Virus record (IMG/VR): IMGVR_UViG_3300044846_001970
Span: 1 to 64,000 of that record
DNA: 64,000 nucleotides
DNA from: a virus
Reading direction: 5' to 3' (one strand)
The notes beneath the pieces are model-generated. The model had not been told where the DNA came from. It did not search any database and was given only the letters and a program-made list of their open reading frames with translations. The translations under genes were made by a program, and so were the position numbers. Below, piece by piece: positions 21,720 through 31,388 of this stretch. Positions within the stretch are counted from its first letter, which is position 1. Each line of letters begins with the position of its first letter.

Positions 21720-24700
21720 TTATTTTAAGTATTCTATTTTACCTCCGGCAGCTTCAATTTCTTTAATCTGTTTAAGAGTAAGTGTATATACTCTTCCTTT
21801 TTGATATTGTTTATTAGGTGTACCACCCATTTTAGTCACAACATTATTACCATCAAAACCAATATTCTGAATATTTTTACCATATTGATTGTACCAACCT
21901 TTATCTCCCATTTGAGAACCAGCAATTTCTGCAGAACCAAATCCTGATTGTCCAGTATTAGGACTAGCTGCATCAGAAGATCTATTTTGTTCTCTAAATG
22001 CTTCATCCTGTTTAGCTTGACTCCAAGAATTAGCTCCCTTAGTAACTATATCAGTAAGACTTCCTTTACCAAATAAATCTGCACCCATTTGTTTAGGATC
22101 AAAGGTATATGCATTTTGTGTAATAGTTCTACCAACAAAATTTGGATCATTAAATTCTGGTTGATCAACAGTAATACCATTTTTTGCTTCTTGTAGGTAA
22201 CCACCATATTCTAAGAACTGTGCATAAGATGGAACAAAACCACCTTGTTGTCTTCTTATTACACCAAATTGATTTACAGGAGGTCCTGAAGGATTCTGTA
22301 AGCCATTGTTTTGTAAAAAAGGATTACCTAATCCTGGATTAGATAAACTAGTTCCTTGTGCATTACCTGCAGGTTGTTGTGGTTGACTAGTTCCTTGAGT
22401 AGAAGATGATGGTTGATAAGTTGTATTTGTTGCTCCTACAACAGGAACTCCTGGATTTCCAACAGCTAAATTAGGATCAGCTGGTTTACCAGGAGCATTC
22501 ATATTTACTTGAGGATTTACTGCAGGAGAACTTGGATTTAAAACATCAGGTTCATTAGCATTATCATCTGGACTACTTGGACCATCAGCATAATCTTCTG
22601 GAAATGCAGCTCTTCCTCTAGCTTCATCTGCAGCTGCTTTTTTTTCACCTTTAGCAATTTTTCTTTGAGTACTCTTTTTAAAAGAAGAATAATCTCCAGA
22701 ATTTGTTCCACTGGAGTTAGTTGCATTAGCACCAGGTGCACCATCAGTTCCATTAGTACCAGGAGTTGTTCCAGGAGCACCATCTGCACTTGCAGGATCT
22801 TTAGCAGGATCTTTAGAAGGATCAGCATACCAATCAGTAACTCTTTTATTATCAAATGGATTCCATTTATTACCTCTATCTTTATAAGTTTCTTGTCTCA
22901 TATGTTCTGTTCCTTCAGGAACATTCCAGTTAGGAGAAAAACCTTGTGTATAACTAAAGTCTTTTGAAAAACCAAAACCAAGTTTTTTTGGAGGACCAAA
23001 CTGCATATTACCTTGTTGTCCTTGTTGTGATTTTTGATATTGTAAAAATTGTTCTATTTGTTGTGGAGTAAATTGTTGTTGTCCAGGAGCAGTAGTATTG
23101 GTATTGGTAGTTGTAGTTGTTGTAGTAGGGGCTGGTTGTTTTGTATTAGAACTAGGAATATTGCTAAAAGCATTTGAGCTATTAGCACCAATTAAATTTT
23201 CATTTGGTACTCCTTGTGTATTTCCTTTAGCAAATGGATTAGTTAATTCAGCACTTAATTCTGGTTTAAATTTTGAAGAACCATCTATATTAAATTTATT
23301 TTTAGCCCATCTATCAAAACCTCCACCAGGACCAAAACTTTGAATACCTCCACCATAAGCATATTCATCTCCACCATATATAAACTTTAATAATTCAGGA
23401 TTATTAGGATCTATCATAGATTGATCAACATATCCTCCATCATCCATATATCTTCCAACTTGCATACCGTATGCTGCCATAGGATCTACATCCATATCAT
23501 CTGTATAGGGAACTTGTGAAGGATCTATAGGATCTATGGTGCCATCATTACTAGGATCTTGAGGAATAAATTTATTTAAATTTTGTTGTTTTTGATTTTG
23601 GTAAGACCCAGGGATCATTGAGGCATAAGGATTAGCAAAAGGATTTGTTAATAAACTTTCTGCACTAGGAAGACTTACCTCTGGTACAACAGGTAAACCA
23701 TCTGGACCAATACATTGATCAGAAGAAGCATCATATACAGCTCCTGGAGGACAATTTAATCCTTTTTTATTAGAAGATAAATGACCTTGTGTTGCACTTG
23801 AACTTTTTGTATTTCCAGCAACTTCATCTAAGGCTTTATTATTAACACTTGTAATAACTTTTTGTCTAACTTGTGATGGATAAGAAACTGATTTCCAACT
23901 TCCTCTATTCATTCCAGACATCATTCCTGGCATCATTCCATATGCTCCAGGTAAAAGATTCACAAGATTTCCTAAAGCTTTTACATCCCAATCAGCTGTA
24001 GCTTTTCTTATACCACCTAATGGTCCAAATTCATAACTAGTATTAACACCTGGTATTGAATGAGGTGTTCCAAATAAAGCTCTGTTAGCTCTTCTTATCC
24101 GGCCTCCACGGCCATATTCATTTTTCATAATAGTTGTATTTAATGCATTTTCATCCATTTTTGACATAGTGTGCTGTAATGCTTCTCCATAACCATGAAG
24201 TTCATCAATCCAATCATGAGGCTCTTGAGCTCCACCATTTGCTTTTGTATTCATATTTTGATAGGACTCTTCAGCTTGTTTTTTCATCATTGCCTCATTA
24301 CCCATTTGTTTTACAGTACTTGCAAACATTTTATTTTGTTTTGTATTATTACCCATTGGGTCACCAATACTTCCTGCTGGAGGTAAATAAAATTCACTGT
24401 TTTCTACTTCTTCTCCTTCTGCAGCTTTTCTAAGTTTTTTTATATAATCATTAATATATTTACTTTTACTTTGTTTACTTCCTCCAAAAGCAAAAGATGC
24501 TGGTACAGCATTAGCATCCATTCCTACAAAGTAAGGTTGTTTAGCTTCAGGAATAACATTATCATTCATATACTGTCCACCTTCTGCATACTCTGCATCT
24601 TCATAACCATCATCTTCATTAGCAAGTTCACTTCCCAAATTATTACTTTCATAGTAACCATACGTTTCACTATCAGGTATTTCTTCTACAGCTTCTACTT

Positions 24701-25007
24701 CTTCTACTTTTTTATTATAAGGAGCTTCTTTATCATATGGAGCAGTTTGTGAAGATGAGTTATAGTTATCTAATTCTTGAAGTGTATCATACATTTCATA
24801 TACAGTATCTTCAATTTTTTCTCTAGGTATTTTAAAATCTACTAATGCAGAAATAACTTCTTCTGGAGAAGTTCCATTACTTAATTCAGAATCAATGTAT
24901 GCATCAATAGTATCTGATTGTCCACCCGCTTTCTTAACAAACTTATTAAGCTTGCTAATAAATCTTGGAGTTTCTCCAGGTTGTGCTTTACGTATTTTTA
25001 CTTTCAT
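21720..25007 (-). CDS. Internal virion/cargo protein (1095 aa), largely low-complexity, many GG motifs
   Basis: Long ORF in the cargo cluster with repeated YAEGG, FAFGG, KANGG, YMDDGG, YAYGG, RQQGG, LEYGG, TKMGG. Confidence 0.6.
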   Translation of the reverse strand: MKVKIRKAQPGETPRFISKLNKFVKKAGGQSDTIDAYIDSELSNGTSPEEVISALVDFKIPREKIEDTVYEMYDTLQELDNYNSSSQTAPYDKEAPYNKKVEEVEAVEEIPDSETYGYYESNNLGSELANEDDGYEDAEYAEGGQYMNDNVIPEAKQPYFVGMDANAVPASFAFGGSKQSKSKYINDYIKKLRKAAEGEEVENSEFYLPPAGSIGDPMGNNTKQNKMFASTVKQMGNEAMMKKQAEESYQNMNTKANGGAQEPHDWIDELHGYGEALQHTMSKMDENALNTTIMKNEYGRGGRIRRANRALFGTPHSIPGVNTSYEFGPLGGIRKATADWDVKALGNLVNLLPGAYGMMPGMMSGMNRGSWKSVSYPSQVRQKVITSVNNKALDEVAGNTKSSSATQGHLSSNKKGLNCPPGAVYDASSDQCIGPDGLPVVPEVSLPSAESLLTNPFANPYASMIPGSYQNQKQQNLNKFIPQDPSNDGTIDPIDPSQVPYTDDMDVDPMAAYGMQVGRYMDDGGYVDQSMIDPNNPELLKFIYGGDEYAYGGGIQSFGPGGGFDRWAKNKFNIDGSSKFKPELSAELTNPFAKGNTQGVPNENLIGANSSNAFSNIPSSNTKQPAPTTTTTTTNTNTTAPGQQQFTPQQIEQFLQYQKSQQGQQGNMQFGPPKKLGFGFSKDFSYTQGFSPNWNVPEGTEHMRQETYKDRGNKWNPFDNKRVTDWYADPSKDPAKDPASADGAPGTTPGTNGTDGAPGANATNSSGTNSGDYSSFKKSTQRKIAKGEKKAAADEARGRAAFPEDYADGPSSPDDNANEPDVLNPSSPAVNPQVNMNAPGKPADPNLAVGNPGVPVVGATNTTYQPSSSTQGTSQPQQPAGNAQGTSLSNPGLGNPFLQNNGLQNPSGPPVNQFGVIRRQQGGFVPSYAQFLEYGGYLQEAKNGITVDQPEFNDPNFVGRTITQNAYTFDPKQMGADLFGKGSLTDIVTKGANSWSQAKQDEAFREQNRSSDAASPNTGQSGFGSAEIAGSQMGDKGWYNQYGKNIQNIGFDGNNVVTKMGGTPNKQYQKGRVYTLTLKQIKEIEAAGGKIEYLK

Positions 25008-25020
25008 AATAATATATATA

Positions 25021-25034
25021 TTAAATATACTAAA
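25021..25034 (-). promoter_or_regulatory. Putative phage promoter motif (TTTAGTATATTTAA)
   Basis: Copy of a motif recurring in five intergenic gaps upstream of start codons. Confidence 0.5.
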
Positions 25035-25067
25035 TTTTAATTTAGTATTTAAACTAAATAAGTTTAC

Positions 25068-28000
25068 TTATTTAAAACCTTTTTCTTTCATATACTTTAG
25101 AATACGTTGATATTCTTTTGCAGTAACATCAGGTTTTCTATCTGGAGAAATCATTTGATGTGATATAACATCTTTTAAAGATAAATTATATTTTGTAGCA
25201 ATAGGACTATAATATTCTATAAAAGATTTTATTTGAGCTTCTGTTAAAGGAGTATTTACTGTATTACCTTGAAACTCAACACCAATACTAAAATCATTTA
25301 CATCTTTTCTTCCATTCCATTCAGACTCTCCAGCATGGAAAGTTACTTGTTCAGGTGAAGCATATACTGTTCTTTTACCATCTTCTTCAATAACAACATG
25401 AGATGAACTTTTTCCTGGTGTCATATATTGAGTTCTAACTTGACCCTCATTATTTTTAACATCTTCATAAGCAGTATGATGTAATACAATATTTTTTACT
25501 TCATTTTTTAATTTATGACCTTTTTTATAACTTGCATCATTTTTAGTTCTAAGGTTAGGCATGTCAAGTACATACTCTTCTTCATACTCATTAACAGGAG
25601 TTTTATAATTCATTATATATAAACCATTTCCTCCAGATGAATTTTCATTGTCATATGCTTTTAATCTGTCTGCAGTAAGTTTTTTATCATCATAAGATAA
25701 TCCTCTTGAATATGTTCCATTATCTAAAGTCCAAGCTTCAAGATATTGATTAGTTCCTTTTAATTTTTTAAATTCTTTTTTTATAGTTGATAAACTTCCA
25801 GATACTAAATATTGTTGTTTAGTTACAGGGTTAACAAAAAGAATTCTTCCTCCTTGAATTGAACCATAATAATCATCTTTATCTTTACCTTTTGTTAAAA
25901 TATTTAAAGAACCATCTTTTATTTTACCATTCTCAAGTACTTTTACTTTAGGTTGTTTGTATCCAGGATTACCTGATTTAGAACCATCTACATATAAATC
26001 TTCAATATCTATAATCTTATTCATATAAGTTTGACTAAACTTCCAGTCTTTGTTATTTTTAAAATCTTTAAATTGTCCAGTATGTAAATTACCATCAGCA
26101 TCTAAAGCAAATACACTTGTATTATCTGTTATATTTTTTAATTTATCAGAATTTGTGAATGGATGGAAAGTTGTAAGTTCTAAACCTTCAGATTCAATAT
26201 CATTATAATCTCCTCTATTTCTATAACCTAATTTTATATTTGATATAGGTAAGACTTGTTGTTTATAATTTCTATTACTATTAGGTATAGTAAATGATTG
26301 TTGAGTACTATTTAAATTTTTATAATACTCACTTATGCCTAATGGATTATCATTTTCTTTTAATTCAGGTACTTTAATATCATCATCATCTATAAGCCCA
26401 TAAGTTTTACTTTTACGAATTATACCTTGACTAACATATTCTATGTACTCACCTATAGATTCTTTAGTATCTTTTATAAATTCACCTGTGTCTTCAATTG
26501 TTTCTTTAAAAGGATAATTTGTTTGAAAATCAGACATCTTAGGTGTAATAGGTTTTATTTCTTTTCCATTAGCATCATAAGATTTTTTATTAAAATCTTG
26601 TTTACTAAATTGAGCTGCCATAGAATTAGGAATAGGCTCTACTTTATTTATTGGTTCTGGTTTTAATAAAGCTTTTTGTTGGGCAATAGTAGTTAACCTA
26701 TTAAATAAATCTTTTTCAAAATTTTCATTAATATTTTCTTTTGCTTTAGTTTTACCTTGTGTAAATGCTTGATCTATATATTTTTTTATATTACTAGGAG
26801 AAACAATTTTTGGTTCTTCAAAAGTAGTTATTCCAAATTTACTTAATATATCTTTTGGTGTTTCAACCTTTACTTCTTTTTGTGCTATACCAGGTCTTTG
26901 TAAATTTTTTATAAAAGTAGCTACATCAATTTTTGGTGCAACAATAGGATCTTTTGCTTTAGGTTTAGGAGTTAGTATTGGTTTAGCATTTTCTATTTGT
27001 TTAGGAAATACCTTAGAAAAAGGAATTCCTTTTGGAGCTATAGTTGCTGCATACTTTTTAAGATCTTCTTTAACAACAGTTTCTATTTTCTTTTCTATTT
27101 GCTTTGGGAATACTTTAGGTAGAGGAATTCCTTTTGGCTTACTTTGTGCAGCATACTTACTAAGGTCTTCTTTAATAGGAGTACTTAACTCTGAAAACAT
27201 ATTTGTTAAACCTTCTTTAGTACCTATACGTTTAGCAACTAAGTCTTCAAGAGTAGCACCTTTACTAATCATTCTGCTTACCATATTTTTGTATGCTTCA
27301 TGATTAAAAGTTTCTTTTCTATTAGGTATTTTAGCTTCTCCAAATTCTCCTTCTAATATTTTTTTTCTTAAACTCATATTAGATTCAAAACTACCATCTG
27401 TTAAACCTTGTTTTTTAGCTTCAGACCATGGTGTACCAGTATATTGTTGCCAAAGTTGAGATACTGTTCCTCCATCAGCTTCTTTAGATAATTCATTATT
27501 ATGTATTTCTTCTACTACATATCCTTCAGCAATAAGTTTTTGAATTTCTGATTTAGAAATATTTGTTTCTATTGCCCCACCTTCTTTTTTAAGTTTACCA
27601 ACTCTTTGTGCTAATTTAGAAAATACTATTGGAGCTCCAGTATTTATAGTTTTACTTGTTCCATCTGCTTTTCTAATTATATTAAATCCATCTCCTGATT
27701 CTACAGAATTTTCAAATGAAAATAATGATCTTGCTCCAGCTAAGAATGGATATAATGTTGGATCACTATACTTTGTAAATGGTAATATATTAGATGCACC
27801 TTTTATTAAATTAAATGTTCCACCTCCTATATCTCCTTGAGAATAATCAACTAAAGCATTTGGTATATGTTTAGTTCCTGTATTATACACACCATAACCT
27901 CCTAATAAATTATTAGCATTAAGTCCTGGTAAAGCTTTAATAGGTTCATACTTTAAATAAGGAGATGCTTTTTTAGATACCTTCATTATAGTTCTAGGCA

Positions 28001-31000
28001 CCAATCCAAAAAAGGCATCTGCTGGACCAGCTAAAGTTTTTGCTGCTAATGCTGATCCTCTAAGTCCTGATGCTACTTCTGCTGCTGGTAATATAATATT
28101 TAAAGGATTTGCTAATGTAGCTTGATCATAACTAACATTAGATTTTAATTCTCCACTTAATATACCAGGAGATTCTTGATAATTTCCTCCAGAAGCAGTA
28201 GATAAATCTACTACAGAATTCATAATACCCGCTCCTAAAGCATCTACACCTGATAATGTTTCAAGAGCACCTGTAGAACTATTATGTATAGCATCATATT
28301 CTTTTTTAGTAAAGTGTTTACGAAGAGCTTTTGAATCTATATAATCTTTATTATAATCACCTAATAAAGCTGGAACACCTGTTGCTTTAATTAAAAAATT
28401 ACCAAGTTCTTGTGCTCCAGCAGCAGTTTTAGCCCAAAGAGATGGTTTTAATTTAGATCCATATTTTGAGTTTGCTGCCATATCATAACTTACAGCTCCT
28501 TTATCTGCTAATTTTTCAACTAACTCAGCATGATTATTTGGATTAATTCCATTATCTTTAGCAAATTTTTCAATTACTGCACTGTTCTTGTCATATTCCC
28601 AATTTTTGTTATAATTACTTTCTACTTTTTCTGGAAAGTTATCTTGACTAAGTCCAGCCAATCTATTTAAACCTTTATGTTTATTAAGATATTCAGCCTT
28701 TTTTTGATATACATAAGCATCTCTAGGATGAGCTTCTTCATAAGCAGTTGTATATGGTGAGTATTGATTAGTATTTACTTGTCGTATATCTTGTACTCTT
28801 TCTGTAAGAGCCATTGGACTTACACACTCTCCTGTTACAGGATCTCTTTGAAATCCTTGTGGACAAGGTTCTCCACCATCATCCATATGATTTAATGAAG
28901 GTACAGAAATGTCTTCTATAACATAACCTCCTTTTCTATATTCTTCTATTTCTTCTGGAGATAAGTCAGCTATTATTCCACCATCTTCATAATCTTTTCT
29001 TCTGTGTAAATAAGGAGTTGAAAAAGTATGTTTCTTTTTACCATTAAATAAAGGACCTAAAGGAAAATGTTTATTTAATCTTGGTGTAGTAAAAGAATGC
29101 CATTTTTTATCCCATTCCCAATCTGATCCTTTAAGTTCTTCTGGATAGTCTTGTGTACCCATAGATTCTATTAAAGGACTTTCTTGTTTATTTATTACTG
29201 GTTCTACAGTAGGTACTATTACTTCTTCTTTAACAGGATCTATTATTTTAACAGGATCTATTACTTCTTCTTTAATGGGTTCAATTGGTATAACAGGTTC
29301 TTCTTCTTTATTATAACCTAATAAATAATTTGATGGTTTTGCATAGACTGGATAAAAATGTCCACCACCAGGATGTCCTTTAAAACCTATTGGTTTAACT
29401 GAAGATTTAGCCATCATTTTTTTCCATTCACCAAATGAAACCATTGGTTCATTTATAAATGGAATACCATCTTGAGGTGGCATTAATTTTCCAGTACCAT
29501 ATGACATCCACGGATCCCATCCAGTTCTAGGTATAGACTCAAAAGTTTTATAAAATTTATCTTTAGCTGATATAGTTCCATATTTTTTAAGTCTAGCAGC
29601 CTCATAAGTATTATGATTGTTAACTCTAGTAATATATTGATTATATAATTTTTGTTGTTCTTTTTTTGTTATATTTGATTTTGCTAATTCTGCCTCACTA
29701 TATACTATTTTTGTATTTTTAGGAATAATTTTACATTCAGTTCCTGTCCAGTATTGTCCTTCGGGACAACCACCTTCCATAGGAGAAAAAATTATTTTTT
29801 GTTCAGAAGCTCCACCTTTCTTTGCATGTATTAATCCTTGACCACCACACTTATGACAAGTAGTAATATCATCACCACCATCTGCAGCATCCCATTCCCA
29901 ACCACATTTTTTACATGTTACTTTCTTGGTAAGTAAAGCACCACCTTTAGCAGCTACTTTAATTTCTTCTTCTCCTTCATTATTTTTAGAAATATTTTGA
30001 AGCATCCAAAGAATTTCCTCATCTGTAAATTGTTTTCTAAGATCTTTAATTGGTTTCATTGGTTGCCAATTATCATCACTTCTTTTTTTATTTATATAAT
30101 TTTGAAATATTTCTGGAGTAATTTGTTCTGTAAATGGATCATAAATACCTTCTTTTTTAGCAAGTTGTCTAATTTCTCCTAGTCTTGCTCTAACTTCAGT
30201 TGGTTGAGAAATATAGTCATGACCTATAGTCTTCCATTCTTTTTGGTTAGAGTCAGAAGATATTTTATGATTTGTTTGAATTATATTTTTTAAATTTTCA
30301 AATTGTTTTTGAAAATCTTTGTCATCTTCAGTAAAACCTTGAGAATATAATATTTGTTTTATTTCTTCATCAGTTTGCATACTATAAGCTTCAGGCCATT
30401 TTTCTACTCTAGATTTATAGTCTTGATTATCTTTCCAATTAGAACCTCTATTTCTAGTAATATACAATTGATCAGATTCAGGCATTACTCTTTCACTAGA
30501 TTCTTCCTTATCATTTGGAAATCTTGGATCTTTAGAATTTATAAAATCCCAATTATATATTCCTTTTGGTCTATCAGATGTATGAAAATATTCATGTGTG
30601 TACATAGAAGGTCCATACTCAAAACCTTCAGGATACACTTTTACCTCTCCTGTTAAACTATTTGAAGTTGCTGCGGGGTTAAAACCATGAGAACTAATAG
30701 TTGACGTAGCCATAATATTTATCGGAGGTATATCAGCAATATTTTCTTTTCTAAGTTTTGTAACATAATCTGCACCTAGTTGATTACCATCAAAACTATT
30801 AAGAACCATTTGATTATACATAGGTGAGTCATGCCAACCCTTAACAAAGTCTAATCCTTCATCAGCATATTTAGGTTCATTTACTAAAGCTTTTTTATAA
30901 GCTTCATTTTTTTCTATATCCTCAAAATATTTTTTTTCTGTAATTTTTTCTTTTTTTCTAATAGCTTTTGTTTCTTCATCAGGTTCAGAAATTAATTTTT

Positions 31001-31388
31001 TATCAATAGTACTTAATGGAATTAAACTCATGTTTACTGGATCATAACCATACTTTCCACTATATAAATAATGTTTTATTTGATCATTATATTTAAGACT
31101 TATTTTATCAGGATCAGCAGAATGCATTGCCCAATTTGCAACTCCATCTATAAGTTTTTGATCAGTAGCATATGTTATAAGTCTTGTACATTTTTCACCA
31201 TCCCAATATTCCCCATCTTTACATTTATTTTTTTCTCCACCTTTATCAAATCTATATTTAGCTTTAGGATTATATACTCCAGGTGCTTTCTTTTTTCTTT
31301 TTCTAAAAAGTGGACTTTTTTTAAATAGTCTATTTGTAGCAAACAAATTGCTATTACCTTTTTCACCACCTGCTTTATAATTTTCCAT
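25068..31388 (-). CDS. Modular virion protein (2106 aa): zincin metallopeptidase, Zn-ribbon, Cys hairpins, C-terminal N-acetylmuramoyl-L-alanine amidase
   Basis: HEYFH (30596-30582) plus QPTEVRARL; CKKC...CHKC; C-terminal IVLHHTA...SSHVVIEEDG...TFHAGES...SIGVEFQG...SHQMISPDRKPD, an Amidase_2 (AmpD/T7-lysozyme type) pattern. Confidence 0.8.
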   Translation of the reverse strand: MENYKAGGEKGNSNLFATNRLFKKSPLFRKRKKKAPGVYNPKAKYRFDKGGEKNKCKDGEYWDGEKCTRLITYATDQKLIDGVANWAMHSADPDKISLKYNDQIKHYLYSGKYGYDPVNMSLIPLSTIDKKLISEPDEETKAIRKKEKITEKKYFEDIEKNEAYKKALVNEPKYADEGLDFVKGWHDSPMYNQMVLNSFDGNQLGADYVTKLRKENIADIPPINIMATSTISSHGFNPAATSNSLTGEVKVYPEGFEYGPSMYTHEYFHTSDRPKGIYNWDFINSKDPRFPNDKEESSERVMPESDQLYITRNRGSNWKDNQDYKSRVEKWPEAYSMQTDEEIKQILYSQGFTEDDKDFQKQFENLKNIIQTNHKISSDSNQKEWKTIGHDYISQPTEVRARLGEIRQLAKKEGIYDPFTEQITPEIFQNYINKKRSDDNWQPMKPIKDLRKQFTDEEILWMLQNISKNNEGEEEIKVAAKGGALLTKKVTCKKCGWEWDAADGGDDITTCHKCGGQGLIHAKKGGASEQKIIFSPMEGGCPEGQYWTGTECKIIPKNTKIVYSEAELAKSNITKKEQQKLYNQYITRVNNHNTYEAARLKKYGTISAKDKFYKTFESIPRTGWDPWMSYGTGKLMPPQDGIPFINEPMVSFGEWKKMMAKSSVKPIGFKGHPGGGHFYPVYAKPSNYLLGYNKEEEPVIPIEPIKEEVIDPVKIIDPVKEEVIVPTVEPVINKQESPLIESMGTQDYPEELKGSDWEWDKKWHSFTTPRLNKHFPLGPLFNGKKKHTFSTPYLHRRKDYEDGGIIADLSPEEIEEYRKGGYVIEDISVPSLNHMDDGGEPCPQGFQRDPVTGECVSPMALTERVQDIRQVNTNQYSPYTTAYEEAHPRDAYVYQKKAEYLNKHKGLNRLAGLSQDNFPEKVESNYNKNWEYDKNSAVIEKFAKDNGINPNNHAELVEKLADKGAVSYDMAANSKYGSKLKPSLWAKTAAGAQELGNFLIKATGVPALLGDYNKDYIDSKALRKHFTKKEYDAIHNSSTGALETLSGVDALGAGIMNSVVDLSTASGGNYQESPGILSGELKSNVSYDQATLANPLNIILPAAEVASGLRGSALAAKTLAGPADAFFGLVPRTIMKVSKKASPYLKYEPIKALPGLNANNLLGGYGVYNTGTKHIPNALVDYSQGDIGGGTFNLIKGASNILPFTKYSDPTLYPFLAGARSLFSFENSVESGDGFNIIRKADGTSKTINTGAPIVFSKLAQRVGKLKKEGGAIETNISKSEIQKLIAEGYVVEEIHNNELSKEADGGTVSQLWQQYTGTPWSEAKKQGLTDGSFESNMSLRKKILEGEFGEAKIPNRKETFNHEAYKNMVSRMISKGATLEDLVAKRIGTKEGLTNMFSELSTPIKEDLSKYAAQSKPKGIPLPKVFPKQIEKKIETVVKEDLKKYAATIAPKGIPFSKVFPKQIENAKPILTPKPKAKDPIVAPKIDVATFIKNLQRPGIAQKEVKVETPKDILSKFGITTFEEPKIVSPSNIKKYIDQAFTQGKTKAKENINENFEKDLFNRLTTIAQQKALLKPEPINKVEPIPNSMAAQFSKQDFNKKSYDANGKEIKPITPKMSDFQTNYPFKETIEDTGEFIKDTKESIGEYIEYVSQGIIRKSKTYGLIDDDDIKVPELKENDNPLGISEYYKNLNSTQQSFTIPNSNRNYKQQVLPISNIKLGYRNRGDYNDIESEGLELTTFHPFTNSDKLKNITDNTSVFALDADGNLHTGQFKDFKNNKDWKFSQTYMNKIIDIEDLYVDGSKSGNPGYKQPKVKVLENGKIKDGSLNILTKGKDKDDYYGSIQGGRILFVNPVTKQQYLVSGSLSTIKKEFKKLKGTNQYLEAWTLDNGTYSRGLSYDDKKLTADRLKAYDNENSSGGNGLYIMNYKTPVNEYEEEYVLDMPNLRTKNDASYKKGHKLKNEVKNIVLHHTAYEDVKNNEGQVRTQYMTPGKSSSHVVIEEDGKRTVYASPEQVTFHAGESEWNGRKDVNDFSIGVEFQGNTVNTPLTEAQIKSFIEYYSPIATKYNLSLKDVISHQMISPDRKPDVTAKEYQRILKYMKEKGFK

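Noticed and set aside
22690-22825. Short tandem repeats (KDPA x2, GT-x-GT, DGAPG x2) as a DNA-level repeat element or collagen
   Set aside because: These are brief coding low-complexity repeats, too short and irregular to support a separate feature.
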